From Candidatus Dojkabacteria bacterium (GTDB lineage Bacteria; Patescibacteriota; Dojkabacteria; J137): DNA of 64,000 bases. Shown piece after piece: positions 38,342 through 47,239 of the stretch; position 1 is the stretch's first letter, and every line of letters starts with the position of its first letter. The stretch is taken from NCBI GenBank assembly GCA_040006935.1, contig JBDTVZ010000002.1, forward strand, positions 43,904-107,903, given 5' to 3'. The translations under genes were made by a program, and so were the position numbers. The notes below the pieces were generated by a model that saw nothing but the letters and a program-made list of their open reading frames with translations, did no database searches and was not told the origin of the DNA.

Positions 38342-38460
38342 TTGTGTCATTTCGACTGAGGAGCTTAAGCGACGAATGGAGAAATCTTTACCACTGCCCC
38401 ATAATGTCAGAAGGGTGGTACAGATTTCTCGACTCACTTCGTTCGCTCGAAATGACACAA
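38342..38460. mobile_element. MITE-like element (~119 bp) with TIR TTGTGTCATTTCGA / TCGAAATGACACAA
   Basis: Terminal inverted repeats; internal cgacgaatggagaaatctt and ctcacttcgttcg motifs shared with the 42103-42222 and 41431-41540 copies. Confidence 0.6.
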
Positions 38461-38472
38461 TATTGTAATAGT

Positions 38473-38508
38473 CCCCTCTCCTTTTAAGGAGAGGGTTAGG
38501 GTGAGGTC
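38473..38508. repeat. Hairpin cccctctcc-ttttaa-ggagaggg plus gggtgagg
   Basis: Related to 43362-43429 (ccctctcc...ggagaggg, cctcaccc...gggtgagg). Confidence 0.5.
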
Positions 38509-38655
38509 AAAAAGATAAGACTGCCAAGCAATCGAGTGTCGTAACCCCACAAAATATTAACTGCCCGAAGAGTGTATGAGGTGGGCTAAAGCCAACATAA
38601 ATCTAAAGCTCATAAATTCGCTAAGATTTATAGCTGTATTGTAATAGATTCGAAA

Positions 38656-38692
38656 GAGATTGCTTCGTCGCTTTTAGCGGATCGCAATGACA
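38656..38692. repeat. gagattgcttcgtcgct...tcgcaatgaca element just 3' of the ATPase gene
   Basis: Same ends as 42336-42400, which additionally carries a gcctgcgtacgcagtcaggc insert. Confidence 0.5.
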
Positions 38693-38693
38693 T

Positions 38694-41204
38694 CTAATTT
38701 TTCTTAGGACTATCATCTTTCTTACCTTCCTTTTCTTGAGGATCTTTTGAAGGTTTAGACTCTGGAGTAAACTGACCAGGCTGAATCAAATTTCCCTTAT
38801 TATCGTACTGCTGACTCGCCCACTTATTAATTTTACTTTCAACTTGATCTCGTGGTTTTGAGAATTTCTCTCTAGAAGCTTCTTTAACTTTCTCTTTTAG
38901 ACCTGTGTCTTTGTATTGTGGTTTTAGTGCAATTGCAGTAAATGGAGGTGTTTGAGCTCCGTCTACAGTCATTTTCATTGCGAGTCTGTACTTATCTAAG
39001 TTCACCAAATCTTCAGAGGATAAATATGGAGTGTATTCTTTTTCTAATCTCAAGCCATCTTTTTGTCCGACAACATAGTTCATTAATGTTCCTACATTTC
39101 CAAAAATTGCATCTTGAATTGTTGGGTCTATCTGGTCGATGTATTGATGGGTGACTATTAAATTTAATGCGTATTTTCTAGCTTCTGATAGAATTTTTAC
39201 AAATGAATCTGTAGCAAAATTTTGAAATTCATCAACGTATAGATAGAAATCTTTTCTTTCTTCTTTTGCAATTCGTGCTCTTTGCATTGCATTTGAGTAA
39301 AGCCTTGTTACTATCATTCCTCCTAATAATGAAGAATTTTCTTCTCCAATCTTTCCTTGAGATAAGTTTACTAACAAGATCTTTTCTGAATTCATAATAT
39401 CTTGTAAATCAATCGAAGATTTTATTTGTCCGATCATATTTCTTACCATTGGGGAACTTAGGAATCGACCAACTTTGTTTTGAATTGGAGCAAGAGCTTC
39501 TGCTAGTAATCTTGGATTTTGTCCAAGTTGTTCATATTCTTCCTGCCAGAATTTTAATAAAAATGGATCCTTAACTTGTTTTAATAAAAATTTTCTATAA
39601 TTTTTATCTGTTAGAATCCTTTGGACTGCAAGTAGGGAAACATTTTGGCAGTGTAATAAAGTCAAAACTGCATTTGCAAGTATATATTGTAATCTTGGTC
39701 CCCAGGAATCTCCAAAGTATTTTTTAAACACATTTACAATTCCGTCTGCAAGTAAATCGATAGTTTCTTCTGGATGAATATCCAACATGTTTAATCCGAT
39801 TGGGTTTTCAATATCAGATGGATCTAAGTAAATAATATCTTTAATTCTATTTTCTGGAATTAATTCCAAAACTTCCTCTACTAATTCTCCGTGAGGATCC
39901 AACACCGCTAACCCTTTCCCATCAATAATATCTCCAACTATCATGTTTTTCATGAATGTAGATTTACCTGTTCCAGTTTTACCGAGAAGGTACATATGTC
40001 TTCTTCGATCTTCATCTTTTATTCCGAAAGGAATGTGAATATTCCTGTAATCTGTAAGTCCAATTAGACGCATTCCTTTTGGTGGGATATTATCGGCTAA
40101 TTCTTGTTCAGAGATTAATGGGAGATTTAATGGGAATTCTAATTTTTTAGATTTTGCCCATGCAATATTTGGAGTTTTTACGGATTCATTTGGTAAATGA
40201 AAAATAGAAGCAAGCTCCTCGATATTTAGAATGTCTGTTTCTCGCTCATCCAAATATCGAGTTTCGTATTTTTGAGGGAAATTTAAATTATCTCCCAATC
40301 GTGTTCCCTGAATGGCTTTACTGACAGATTTATTAAATTTTTTATTTAATTCGCCAACAAAAGTTTTCTTTTTATCTTTGGGTTTTATTAAGCTATTTAA
40401 TTGGGCTGTTTGGAATTGCTTGAAAGATGCTTCTATATCTTGAATTAAAGTTTTTAAGGACGAAGGCTCTGGCCCTTGAACTAAAATCCTAATTTTAAAT
40501 TGAAATCCTACTTTATTATTTTTCTTTTCAATTTCTGAAAATTCTGCAGTTTTGCCTTCTTCTAATTGGATTTTATTTCCTTCAGCATCTTTTTTATTTC
40601 GATTTGTATCTATATATTTTTTACCAATTTGCTGCCAAGAATTATCTATTGGACGTGCTAGTAATTGAATAAATACTTCGTTACCTTGGTTTAATTTTGA
40701 AACTGACGAAGTTATAGATGCTAACGGGTCCACTTCAAAACTTTGAAACGTTTTTATAGGTAAGAAAAATTCTTTAGAAAGTTTTAGTTCTATTCCTATT
40801 CTATGAACATTCTTTTTTATGCCAACTTCCGCATAATCGTGAACAGTTTCTATCTGTGCTTCTGGATATTGTGCATAGATTTGATTTTCTATAAAAGTTT
40901 TATATCTCTTATTACAAACTACTATAAAAAATATTCCAATTGGATTTGCATAAATTTCAAAACTGAAGTGATCCTTAGATTTTACCTCTCCTTGAATTAC
41001 TCCATGCAATGCTTGGAAGAACTGCTCTGCAGATGCAGGCTTTTTATCGTTCTTAACTGGAACAGAAATTTTTAAAATTGTTTGGTCTAAAATAGCTTCA
41101 CTGACTTTTGTGCGAAGATTTAAGTATCTTAAAATTATTAAATAAGAGACAGTAAATATTGCAGCAAGAAAAATTGAAAGTTGTATTATAAAATCGAAGT
41201 CCAC
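38694..41204 (-). CDS. VirB4/VirD4(TraG)-like FtsK-HerA-superfamily P-loop ATPase with N-terminal TM and disordered Lys/Glu-rich C-terminus
   Basis: Walker A LGKTGTGKST, downstream LDPHGEL, Walker B FYLYVDEFQNF. Type IV secretion or competence-type ATPase. Confidence 0.5.
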   Translation of the reverse strand: MDFDFIIQLSIFLAAIFTVSYLIILRYLNLRTKVSEAILDQTILKISVPVKNDKKPASAEQFFQALHGVIQGEVKSKDHFSFEIYANPIGIFFIVVCNKRYKTFIENQIYAQYPEAQIETVHDYAEVGIKKNVHRIGIELKLSKEFFLPIKTFQSFEVDPLASITSSVSKLNQGNEVFIQLLARPIDNSWQQIGKKYIDTNRNKKDAEGNKIQLEEGKTAEFSEIEKKNNKVGFQFKIRILVQGPEPSSLKTLIQDIEASFKQFQTAQLNSLIKPKDKKKTFVGELNKKFNKSVSKAIQGTRLGDNLNFPQKYETRYLDERETDILNIEELASIFHLPNESVKTPNIAWAKSKKLEFPLNLPLISEQELADNIPPKGMRLIGLTDYRNIHIPFGIKDEDRRRHMYLLGKTGTGKSTFMKNMIVGDIIDGKGLAVLDPHGELVEEVLELIPENRIKDIIYLDPSDIENPIGLNMLDIHPEETIDLLADGIVNVFKKYFGDSWGPRLQYILANAVLTLLHCQNVSLLAVQRILTDKNYRKFLLKQVKDPFLLKFWQEEYEQLGQNPRLLAEALAPIQNKVGRFLSSPMVRNMIGQIKSSIDLQDIMNSEKILLVNLSQGKIGEENSSLLGGMIVTRLYSNAMQRARIAKEERKDFYLYVDEFQNFATDSFVKILSEARKYALNLIVTHQYIDQIDPTIQDAIFGNVGTLMNYVVGQKDGLRLEKEYTPYLSSEDLVNLDKYRLAMKMTVDGAQTPPFTAIALKPQYKDTGLKEKVKEASREKFSKPRDQVESKINKWASQQYDNKGNLIQPGQFTPESKPSKDPQEKEGKKDDSPKKN

Positions 41205-41282
41205 AGATGTTATTTTAAAGATTTAGTATCTGGATTAATTGTATAGTTATTAAAGGTTTTTCGCAAGGAAGAGAACAAAATT

Positions 41283-41400
41283 TAAGCTCTAAATACTAAG
41301 TTCTAAATTCTAAACAATTACCAAAATTCAAATTACAAAACTATTTTTGGTGATTTATTTTTTAGAATTTGTTTAGGATTTAGAGTTAGTGCTTAGGATT
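41283..41400. repeat. Long imperfect inverted repeat upstream of the ATPase gene containing aagctctaaatactaag motif
   Basis: Arms ctaaatactaagttctaaattctaaacaa / ttgtttaggatttagagttagtgcttagg. Confidence 0.4.
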
Positions 41401-41430
41401 TTCAAATAATACCTGATTTCCTCACTGACA

Positions 41431-41540
41431 TTGTGTCATCTCGAGCGAAGTCGAGAGATCTCAACCAGCTTCCTGACATGATACGACAAGTGGTTAAGAT
41501 TTCCCTTGCCTGACGGTAGGCAGGTCAGTCGAAATGACAT
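41431..41540. mobile_element. MITE-like element, inverted orientation (TIR ttgtgtcatctcgag ... gtcgaaatgacat)
   Basis: Start matches the reverse complement of the 42190-42222 end. Contains gcctgacggtaggc hairpin. Confidence 0.55.
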
Positions 41541-41546
41541 TAATCA

Positions 41547-42008
41547 TTAAATAATGTCTGATATTTCCGAAAGCAAGCTATTGGCAGAGTTCCGAAGGAA
41601 GTTAGAATTTGGGGAATAATCCATTTCGTGTGCTAGCTTGTTTCGAAGTTTATGAACTTCCCAAATTGTATTGTAAGAAGTATTATTTCGAAATAAATGT
41701 TTTGCATTTTTAAGTCTTTCACCTAAAGTCTCTCCTTTTACTTTTTTAGATTTCAGTACAAAGTCTAAAAGCTTATCTGCTTCAAATACAGCATTCTTTA
41801 AAATCATTTCTTCTTTCGCAGTAGTTAGTCCTCTAATTTTATTTAAATTAGTTTTAGCCTTTATTTTCCACTCCGCATCCGCATGCTGAGGAGTTAAAAG
41901 CATGTAAACAAAAATCCCCCCGAGGATTGCAACAGCGATAATTACAATTGCTAAAAGTTCATTCATGCCTATATGATACTGGAAAATGAATAATATTTGT
42001 AGAGTCAA
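41547..42008 (-). CDS. Hypothetical small membrane-anchored protein
   Basis: TM helix LLAIVIIAVAILGGIFVYMLL. Start may be the downstream MNELL. 3' end abuts the MITE. Confidence 0.3.
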   Translation of the reverse strand: MTLQILFIFQYHIGMNELLAIVIIAVAILGGIFVYMLLTPQHADAEWKIKAKTNLNKIRGLTTAKEEMILKNAVFEADKLLDFVLKSKKVKGETLGERLKNAKHLFRNNTSYNTIWEVHKLRNKLAHEMDYSPNSNFLRNSANSLLSEISDII

Positions 42009-42102
42009 AGCATGCCTTGTCCAAGATATTAGAAATGGGAAAGGGCAAGTTTGTAAGCTTGCCCTCTGAACCAGTAGAACAATAAATAGACTATTGTCTT
42101 TA

Positions 42103-42222
42103 TTGTGTCATTTCGACTGACCTGCCTGACTGCGTACGCAGGCACGGGGAGTGTAACGACGAATGGAGACATCTTCGACCACGGAGGTTAAAGATCTCTC
42201 GACTTCGCTCGAGATGACACAA
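42103..42222. mobile_element. MITE-like element with TIR TTGTGTCATTTCGA...TCGAGATGACACAA and nested cctgcctgactgcgtacgcaggca hairpin
   Basis: Collinear with 38342-38460 apart from the inserted hairpin module. Confidence 0.6.
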
Positions 42223-42335
42223 AGAAACTAAATAGGCTGTAACACAGCCTGACCAAAATGTTGAATTTACACAAAACACAGGCTTTTATTAGTGGGAGGA
42301 TAAGCTTAAGTGGAAGTGGAAGGCTTTCTTTAGAG

Positions 42336-42400
42336 TGAGATTGCTTCGTCGCTGTGCTCCCCATGCCTGCGTACGCAGTCAGGCAGGTCGCAATGACAAC
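42336..42400. repeat. gagattgcttcgtcgct-[gcctgcgtacgcagtcaggc hairpin]-gtcgcaatgaca element
   Basis: Inverted copy of the hairpin module at 42118-42148. Just 3' of the uvrB fragment. Confidence 0.55.
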
Positions 42401-42450
42401 GAAAGGTTATTCGGGGATTCTTCTCTTAATTATTAATTTATAATTCTTAA

Positions 42451-43344
42451 TTACTTTTCAAGGTCGTCCACGATATCCCTCAACTCCGCGGCTTTTTCGA
42501 ATTCAAGCATATCCGCAAAAATTTGCATTTGCATTTTTAATTCCTTAACAAACTTCCCTCGTTCCTTTTTTGGCATTGCTTTATAGCTTTCCGCAAGTTT
42601 TAACAAATCCTTTCCTTTCACATCTTTTTCCTCTTCCTTTGCAAATTTATTTAGTTGGTCCGTAATTGCTTTTTTAATAGTTGTTGGAGTAATTCCATGT
42701 TCAGTATTATATTTTTCCTGAACTGCTCTTCGTCTTCTAGTTTCAGATATTGCTGCATACATCGAATCCGTAATTTTATCCGCGTACATTAACACTCGGC
42801 CTTCGGAATGCCTTGCTGCTCTACCAATTGTTTGAATCAAGCTCGTTTGTGACCGTAAAAAACCTTCTTTATCCGCATCTAGTATTGCGACTAACGAAAC
42901 TTCTGGCAAATCTAAACCTTCTCTTAGTAAATTAATTCCAACCAAGACATCGTATTCTCCAAGTCTTAAACTCTTTAAAATCTGAACTCTTTCGATTGTA
43001 TCGATATCGGAATGAATATATTTACTTTTTACATTTCGTTCGACTAAGAAATCCGAAAGCTCTTCCGACATTCTTTTTGTTAAAGTTGTTACTAAAACTC
43101 TTTGGCCTTTTTTAATAGTTTTATCTATTTCTAGCATTAAATCCTGAACCTGTGTTCGTTCCCAGTAAGCTTCTGCCAGAATTGGCATATCTTTCAATCC
43201 ACGATCTTCTAAACTTTTTTTAAGTTGTAAAAAAGCATCTGGTAAAGTTGGACGAACTTCAATATTAGGATCTAATAACCCTGTAGGACGGATAATTTGG
43301 TAAACAATACCTTCGTAATTTTCTGGAAGTTTAAATTTGGACAT
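42451..43344 (-). pseudogene. uvrB: uvrB 3' fragment (C-terminal ~300 aa of excinuclease ABC subunit B only)
   Basis: The ORF begins at [20 protein letters not shown], matching the UvrB segment that starts roughly 400 residues into full-length UvrB (position from memory). It runs through helicase motifs V/VI (TIGRAARH) to the C-terminal UvrB/UvrC coiled-coil. The N-terminal half is absent and replaced by repeats. Confidence 0.6.
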
Positions 43345-43361
43345 ATAGGAATTATATCACG

Positions 43362-43429
43362 CCTCACCCGTCTCTCACTTCGTTCGAGCCACCCTCTCCA
43401 GCAAAGATGGAGAGGGGCTTGGGGTGAGG
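43362..43429. repeat. Nested palindromic element cctcaccc...ccctctcc-agcaaagat-ggagaggg...gggtgagg
   Basis: Nested perfect stems. Shares ctcacttcgttcg with the MITE family. Confidence 0.55.
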
Positions 43430-43749
43430 TTACAAACTCTTAATTCTTAATTGATCATTATCTAGGTAAATCACTATTCGAAGGTAAATGTTCCGTTGCA
43501 ATTTTAGAAAGCGATTCCTTTCCACTTCCATTAAAAAATTTCCCTATTCCAAAAATATCAAAACCTTCCAATAGCCATAAAATTCCATAACCAAATGTCA
43601 TGATAGCTTTAGCTAGAAATTTTAAAATTGAAAGAAGTATTTCCATAATTTAATTTTAACACTTGAAAAAGTTGATCTATTAATTATTTACAGAGATTTT
43701 ATATTATTGTTACATTACTCTTTAGTCAGCATTTATACAGACTGTGTTA

Positions 43750-43773
43750 CCTGCCTGACTGCGCACGCAGGCA
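43750..43773. repeat. cctgcctgactgcgcacgcaggca hairpin module
   Basis: Same module as 42118-42148 and 42361-42388. Confidence 0.55.
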
Positions 43774-43826
43774 TGGCGACCTATTCTGAGATTCAATTCA
43801 TTTCTTCATTTTTTCATTCCTTCATT

Positions 43827-44444
43827 TTACTTGTCTCTTTCAAATGCAACCATCCATCTTTGTTCAGTTGATGAACACACAGAATCTTTACATTTTCCGT
43901 AAGAAGTGAACATTGTGATTGTATCAAACCCAGTCCAATTACCCATAACTTCAATCCTTGTATCTGGAATAGGACCTGAAGTGAATATATAACCTGAGTA
44001 TAAAATACCACCTAAGCATGAAGTCATTTTATCTCCAGCCTGTAAATTCATAATATTGGCGAATTGGCTTCTAGGCTGATCGCACAATCCATAAACACAA
44101 ATATTGTGACCAATAATTAAGAAATTCTTTGAAGAGTCGTAATAAGTATCTAAAATTAAAGAAGGTACACTTTTACTGCCCCAATCGCTTAAGAGAAGTG
44201 AGTTTAAATCTATCTTCCCAGTCGCAGATGAGTCTATCCATTGACCATCACATGGAGGTTCGGAGGTATTACTATTCTCTATACTTGATAACTTTACTGG
44301 ACCGTAAATTGGTTTATCACCAGAAGTTTGTACTAAAGAGTTCCCCGATGAATTTAAGGAAACATTAATAAGTATTACTCCTACTAAAACTAGGATTGAT
44401 GTTGTAAAAATTTTGATTATAAATGATTTATTTATGGTTTTCAT
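43827..44444 (-). CDS. Putative sortase-family transpeptidase (divergent)
   Basis: N-terminal TM helix. NFLIIGHN resembles sortase NISIAGH. Cys in TITMFTSYGKC, downstream Arg. The TLxTC motif is not canonical. Confidence 0.3.
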   Translation of the reverse strand: MKTINKSFIIKIFTTSILVLVGVILINVSLNSSGNSLVQTSGDKPIYGPVKLSSIENSNTSEPPCDGQWIDSSATGKIDLNSLLLSDWGSKSVPSLILDTYYDSSKNFLIIGHNICVYGLCDQPRSQFANIMNLQAGDKMTSCLGGILYSGYIFTSGPIPDTRIEVMGNWTGFDTITMFTSYGKCKDSVCSSTEQRWMVAFERDK

Positions 44445-44730
44445 ATATATCTATTATAGCATATTTGTATGTATTTTGCCCGTGAATCGGTAAGCTGGAA
44501 TTAAGAAAACACGGAACGAACATAGTGCTAGAAGAACAAACATTGACAAGAATTCCATTTATTATCTCGAACAGGGTACTCGGACCTTTTTGGTTATAAA
44601 AAGTATATATTAATTAACTTACTCTAATGAGTAATGGCAGGACAAATCTCATATCACCTGAGCACAAGTATTTTTCAATTGAGTAAAAACCCAAATTCCT
44701 GTACTATTTACGGTATCTTAGTTTATAAAT

Positions 44731-45960
44731 ATGAGGAAGGTTGCACTTCTTTTTCTATCAATATTAATAATAACTACACTTGTACCAAATAAAATATTTG
44801 CACAAGACGTTGATTCTACAACCTATAGATTAGTTGCACCAAGCATTGGTGAAAGTGAAAACGGAATAACCACCTCACAAAATTTCACATCCTTAAATGA
44901 CTCTTCTCCTGTGGATGACTTCACAACTACGAGTACAAACTATTCCCTCACTGGTGGAACTGCAAAATTTTCCGAGGCAAATGTGCCTTCCATTACTTGC
45001 TTTGAAACTAGTACTAGTAGCGGAACTTGTTCGATTGGTACAAACGGAATGCAAGAAGTATGCTCAAGTCCCGGTTGTTACGATAGAGCAAAATTTTTAA
45101 TTAATGCTCAAAATAATCCCGACGATACTCGTTATGCTGTGCAGATAAGTACTTCGTCTGCATTCACATCAAATGTATTTTATGTCGAACCAGTAACGCG
45201 GTTAATAAAAAGTGCCTTAACAGTTTCGGATTTTGTTTACAAATGTGACTGGGAAGGTACAACTTTGGCAGGTTTTTGTGGATCTTCAAATACTACTTGG
45301 CAAAAGTATAATATTCTAGGATTATCGCCTAATGTTACTTATTACATTCGTATTGCGGCGCTTCACGGTAGTTCAACAGATGGCTCCTTTACACAATCAG
45401 CATGGAGCTCTTCGGCTAACACGACAACTCAAAATACGAGTCTCTCCGTTGATATTGATATTGCAACTTCTACAGCAGGAAGTAGCACTCCACCTTACAT
45501 TATCTCTTTAGGGACTATGGTGGCAGGATCCATTACTACAAGCACTAATTATATAATTACAAGATTAACAACCAATGCAATTAGCGGAATTACTATGTAT
45601 ATTACTGGAACTAATGGTGGACTTTTAAATGGCGTTAATTTAATTGCGAATGTGAATGCGGACCTAGCTGTTAGCACGGAGGGTTATGGTTTAAGAAATG
45701 ATTCAACTACAAATTCCTCCAGCTTCTCCTCTTTTATTGGAATTATTACGGTAAGCTCAACTCCATCAGATTTCACAGATGCAGGAGCTACAAACAAAGT
45801 AGGCTCCCCTACAACTGCTTTCGTACCTTTATTTACTTCTAATTCATTACCCTTACACACGGGAGTGAGCGGATATAGAGTAAAAGCAAAACCTTTGATT
45901 ACAAGGTCAACTGGTAGTTATACGGAAACAATCACTTATATTCCTGTAGGAAGTTACTAA
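44731..45960 (+). CDS. Secreted Ser/Thr-rich hypothetical protein
   Basis: Signal peptide MRKVALLFLSILIITTLVPNKIFAQD. Low complexity. Confidence 0.45.
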   Translation: MRKVALLFLSILIITTLVPNKIFAQDVDSTTYRLVAPSIGESENGITTSQNFTSLNDSSPVDDFTTTSTNYSLTGGTAKFSEANVPSITCFETSTSSGTCSIGTNGMQEVCSSPGCYDRAKFLINAQNNPDDTRYAVQISTSSAFTSNVFYVEPVTRLIKSALTVSDFVYKCDWEGTTLAGFCGSSNTTWQKYNILGLSPNVTYYIRIAALHGSSTDGSFTQSAWSSSANTTTQNTSLSVDIDIATSTAGSSTPPYIISLGTMVAGSITTSTNYIITRLTTNAISGITMYITGTNGGLLNGVNLIANVNADLAVSTEGYGLRNDSTTNSSSFSSFIGIITVSSTPSDFTDAGATNKVGSPTTAFVPLFTSNSLPLHTGVSGYRVKAKPLITRSTGSYTETITYIPVGSY

Positions 45961-45961
45961 T

Positions 45962-47209
45962 TCACAAATTCACCAACATAAAGTCTGCAGCTCTTAGTGC
46001 CAGCCATATATCGTTTTTAGTAGAAAGCACGGCTGCTAAATTTAGAAGTTCCTGCTGAAGTTTCTTCTCAAATAGTTTTCCAGTTAAATCTAAACGGAAT
46101 TCACCTGTATCTGAATATAGATATGATTGTATAGACGGGACAATCAAGCTTGCTTTGAATTCTATTGCTATTCTTTTAGAACCTTTGACGCTTTTTGGAT
46201 CTATCTTACATGCAATATCTTTTTCTAGAATGAAAAGTTTTTCAGGGATTTTAGATAACACTTCTGGCGAAATAAATCGTAAGGCGGATTTATTGAATAT
46301 ATATTTTCTAAATTTATATGAAAGTATTTCTAATACAAGTGCACGATTTAATAACGATGTCTTATCAAATTCTCCAAGATATATACTATCAGCCAGAGCA
46401 ATAGCCTCATCTAGCTCTTCTTCTTTTACAACTACGATTTTCTTATTAGGTTTAACTTCATTGGGAGAGTATACATAAATCTGCACGTGATAATCTTCAG
46501 CAAAATTTATAATAGATTCTAATTCTTCTGAATGTTCGGAATTAAAAACATATAGTAATCTTCCATTCTGAACTTTATAACTGTGGGTTTTGGGTCTAAA
46601 TAAAGCTTCAAACTCACCCGGACCGGGATAAATTTGTAATTCTTTAGGAAGAGAGATTTCAATTACTTCGGCACTTTTTGTTTTAGGATAAAGTAAAGAA
46701 ATAGTTAAATCTGGTGAGTAGGAAGGAATAGGCACATCCAAGGCCACGATACTTTTTTTGAAATGAGAGACTCTTTTTATTACATCACCAAATCGTTTAT
46801 TCAATTTCTCTCCAACAAGCCCTGTTCCTATAAGACATTCCAATGTTACATCTCCTTGCGTAATATCTTTAGCATAGCAATCTTGTTTGATTGTGAGATT
46901 TGCTTGAGATAATTTTTTAAGTTTATCCCAAAGTTCTCTTGCAACAGGATCTTCTATCGAATTTGGACGACCCACTAAGTATATTCCTATCTTTTTGACC
47001 TTTTTTACTAATTCATATGCTACTGCAAAACCATCTCCACCATTTCCACCTAATCCGCATATAACAGAATAACTTTTATTTACTCCATATTTTTCTATAA
47101 GGAGAGAAGCAATTTTCTCTGCTGAGACTTTATAGAGAGAAGCAAGATCTATTCCAAAGTGCTTTGCATTTGTGTATATTATTTTAGAATTTATGTTGAG
47201 TGAATCCAT
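45962..47209 (-). CDS. YjeF-N (NAD(P)H-hydrate epimerase) domain protein
   Basis: ICGLGGNGGDGFAVAYEL motif. C-terminal half unassigned. Confidence 0.55.
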   Translation of the reverse strand: MDSLNINSKIIYTNAKHFGIDLASLYKVSAEKIASLLIEKYGVNKSYSVICGLGGNGGDGFAVAYELVKKVKKIGIYLVGRPNSIEDPVARELWDKLKKLSQANLTIKQDCYAKDITQGDVTLECLIGTGLVGEKLNKRFGDVIKRVSHFKKSIVALDVPIPSYSPDLTISLLYPKTKSAEVIEISLPKELQIYPGPGEFEALFRPKTHSYKVQNGRLLYVFNSEHSEELESIINFAEDYHVQIYVYSPNEVKPNKKIVVVKEEELDEAIALADSIYLGEFDKTSLLNRALVLEILSYKFRKYIFNKSALRFISPEVLSKIPEKLFILEKDIACKIDPKSVKGSKRIAIEFKASLIVPSIQSYLYSDTGEFRLDLTGKLFEKKLQQELLNLAAVLSTKNDIWLALRAADFMLVNL

Positions 47210-47239
47210 AAGATTCTATTTAATTTTTAAATGTTTTAA

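Noticed and set aside
43458-44011. Small minus-strand ORFs 43458-43646 and 43814-44011
   Set aside because: They are short and without motifs. The second overlaps the sortase-like gene.
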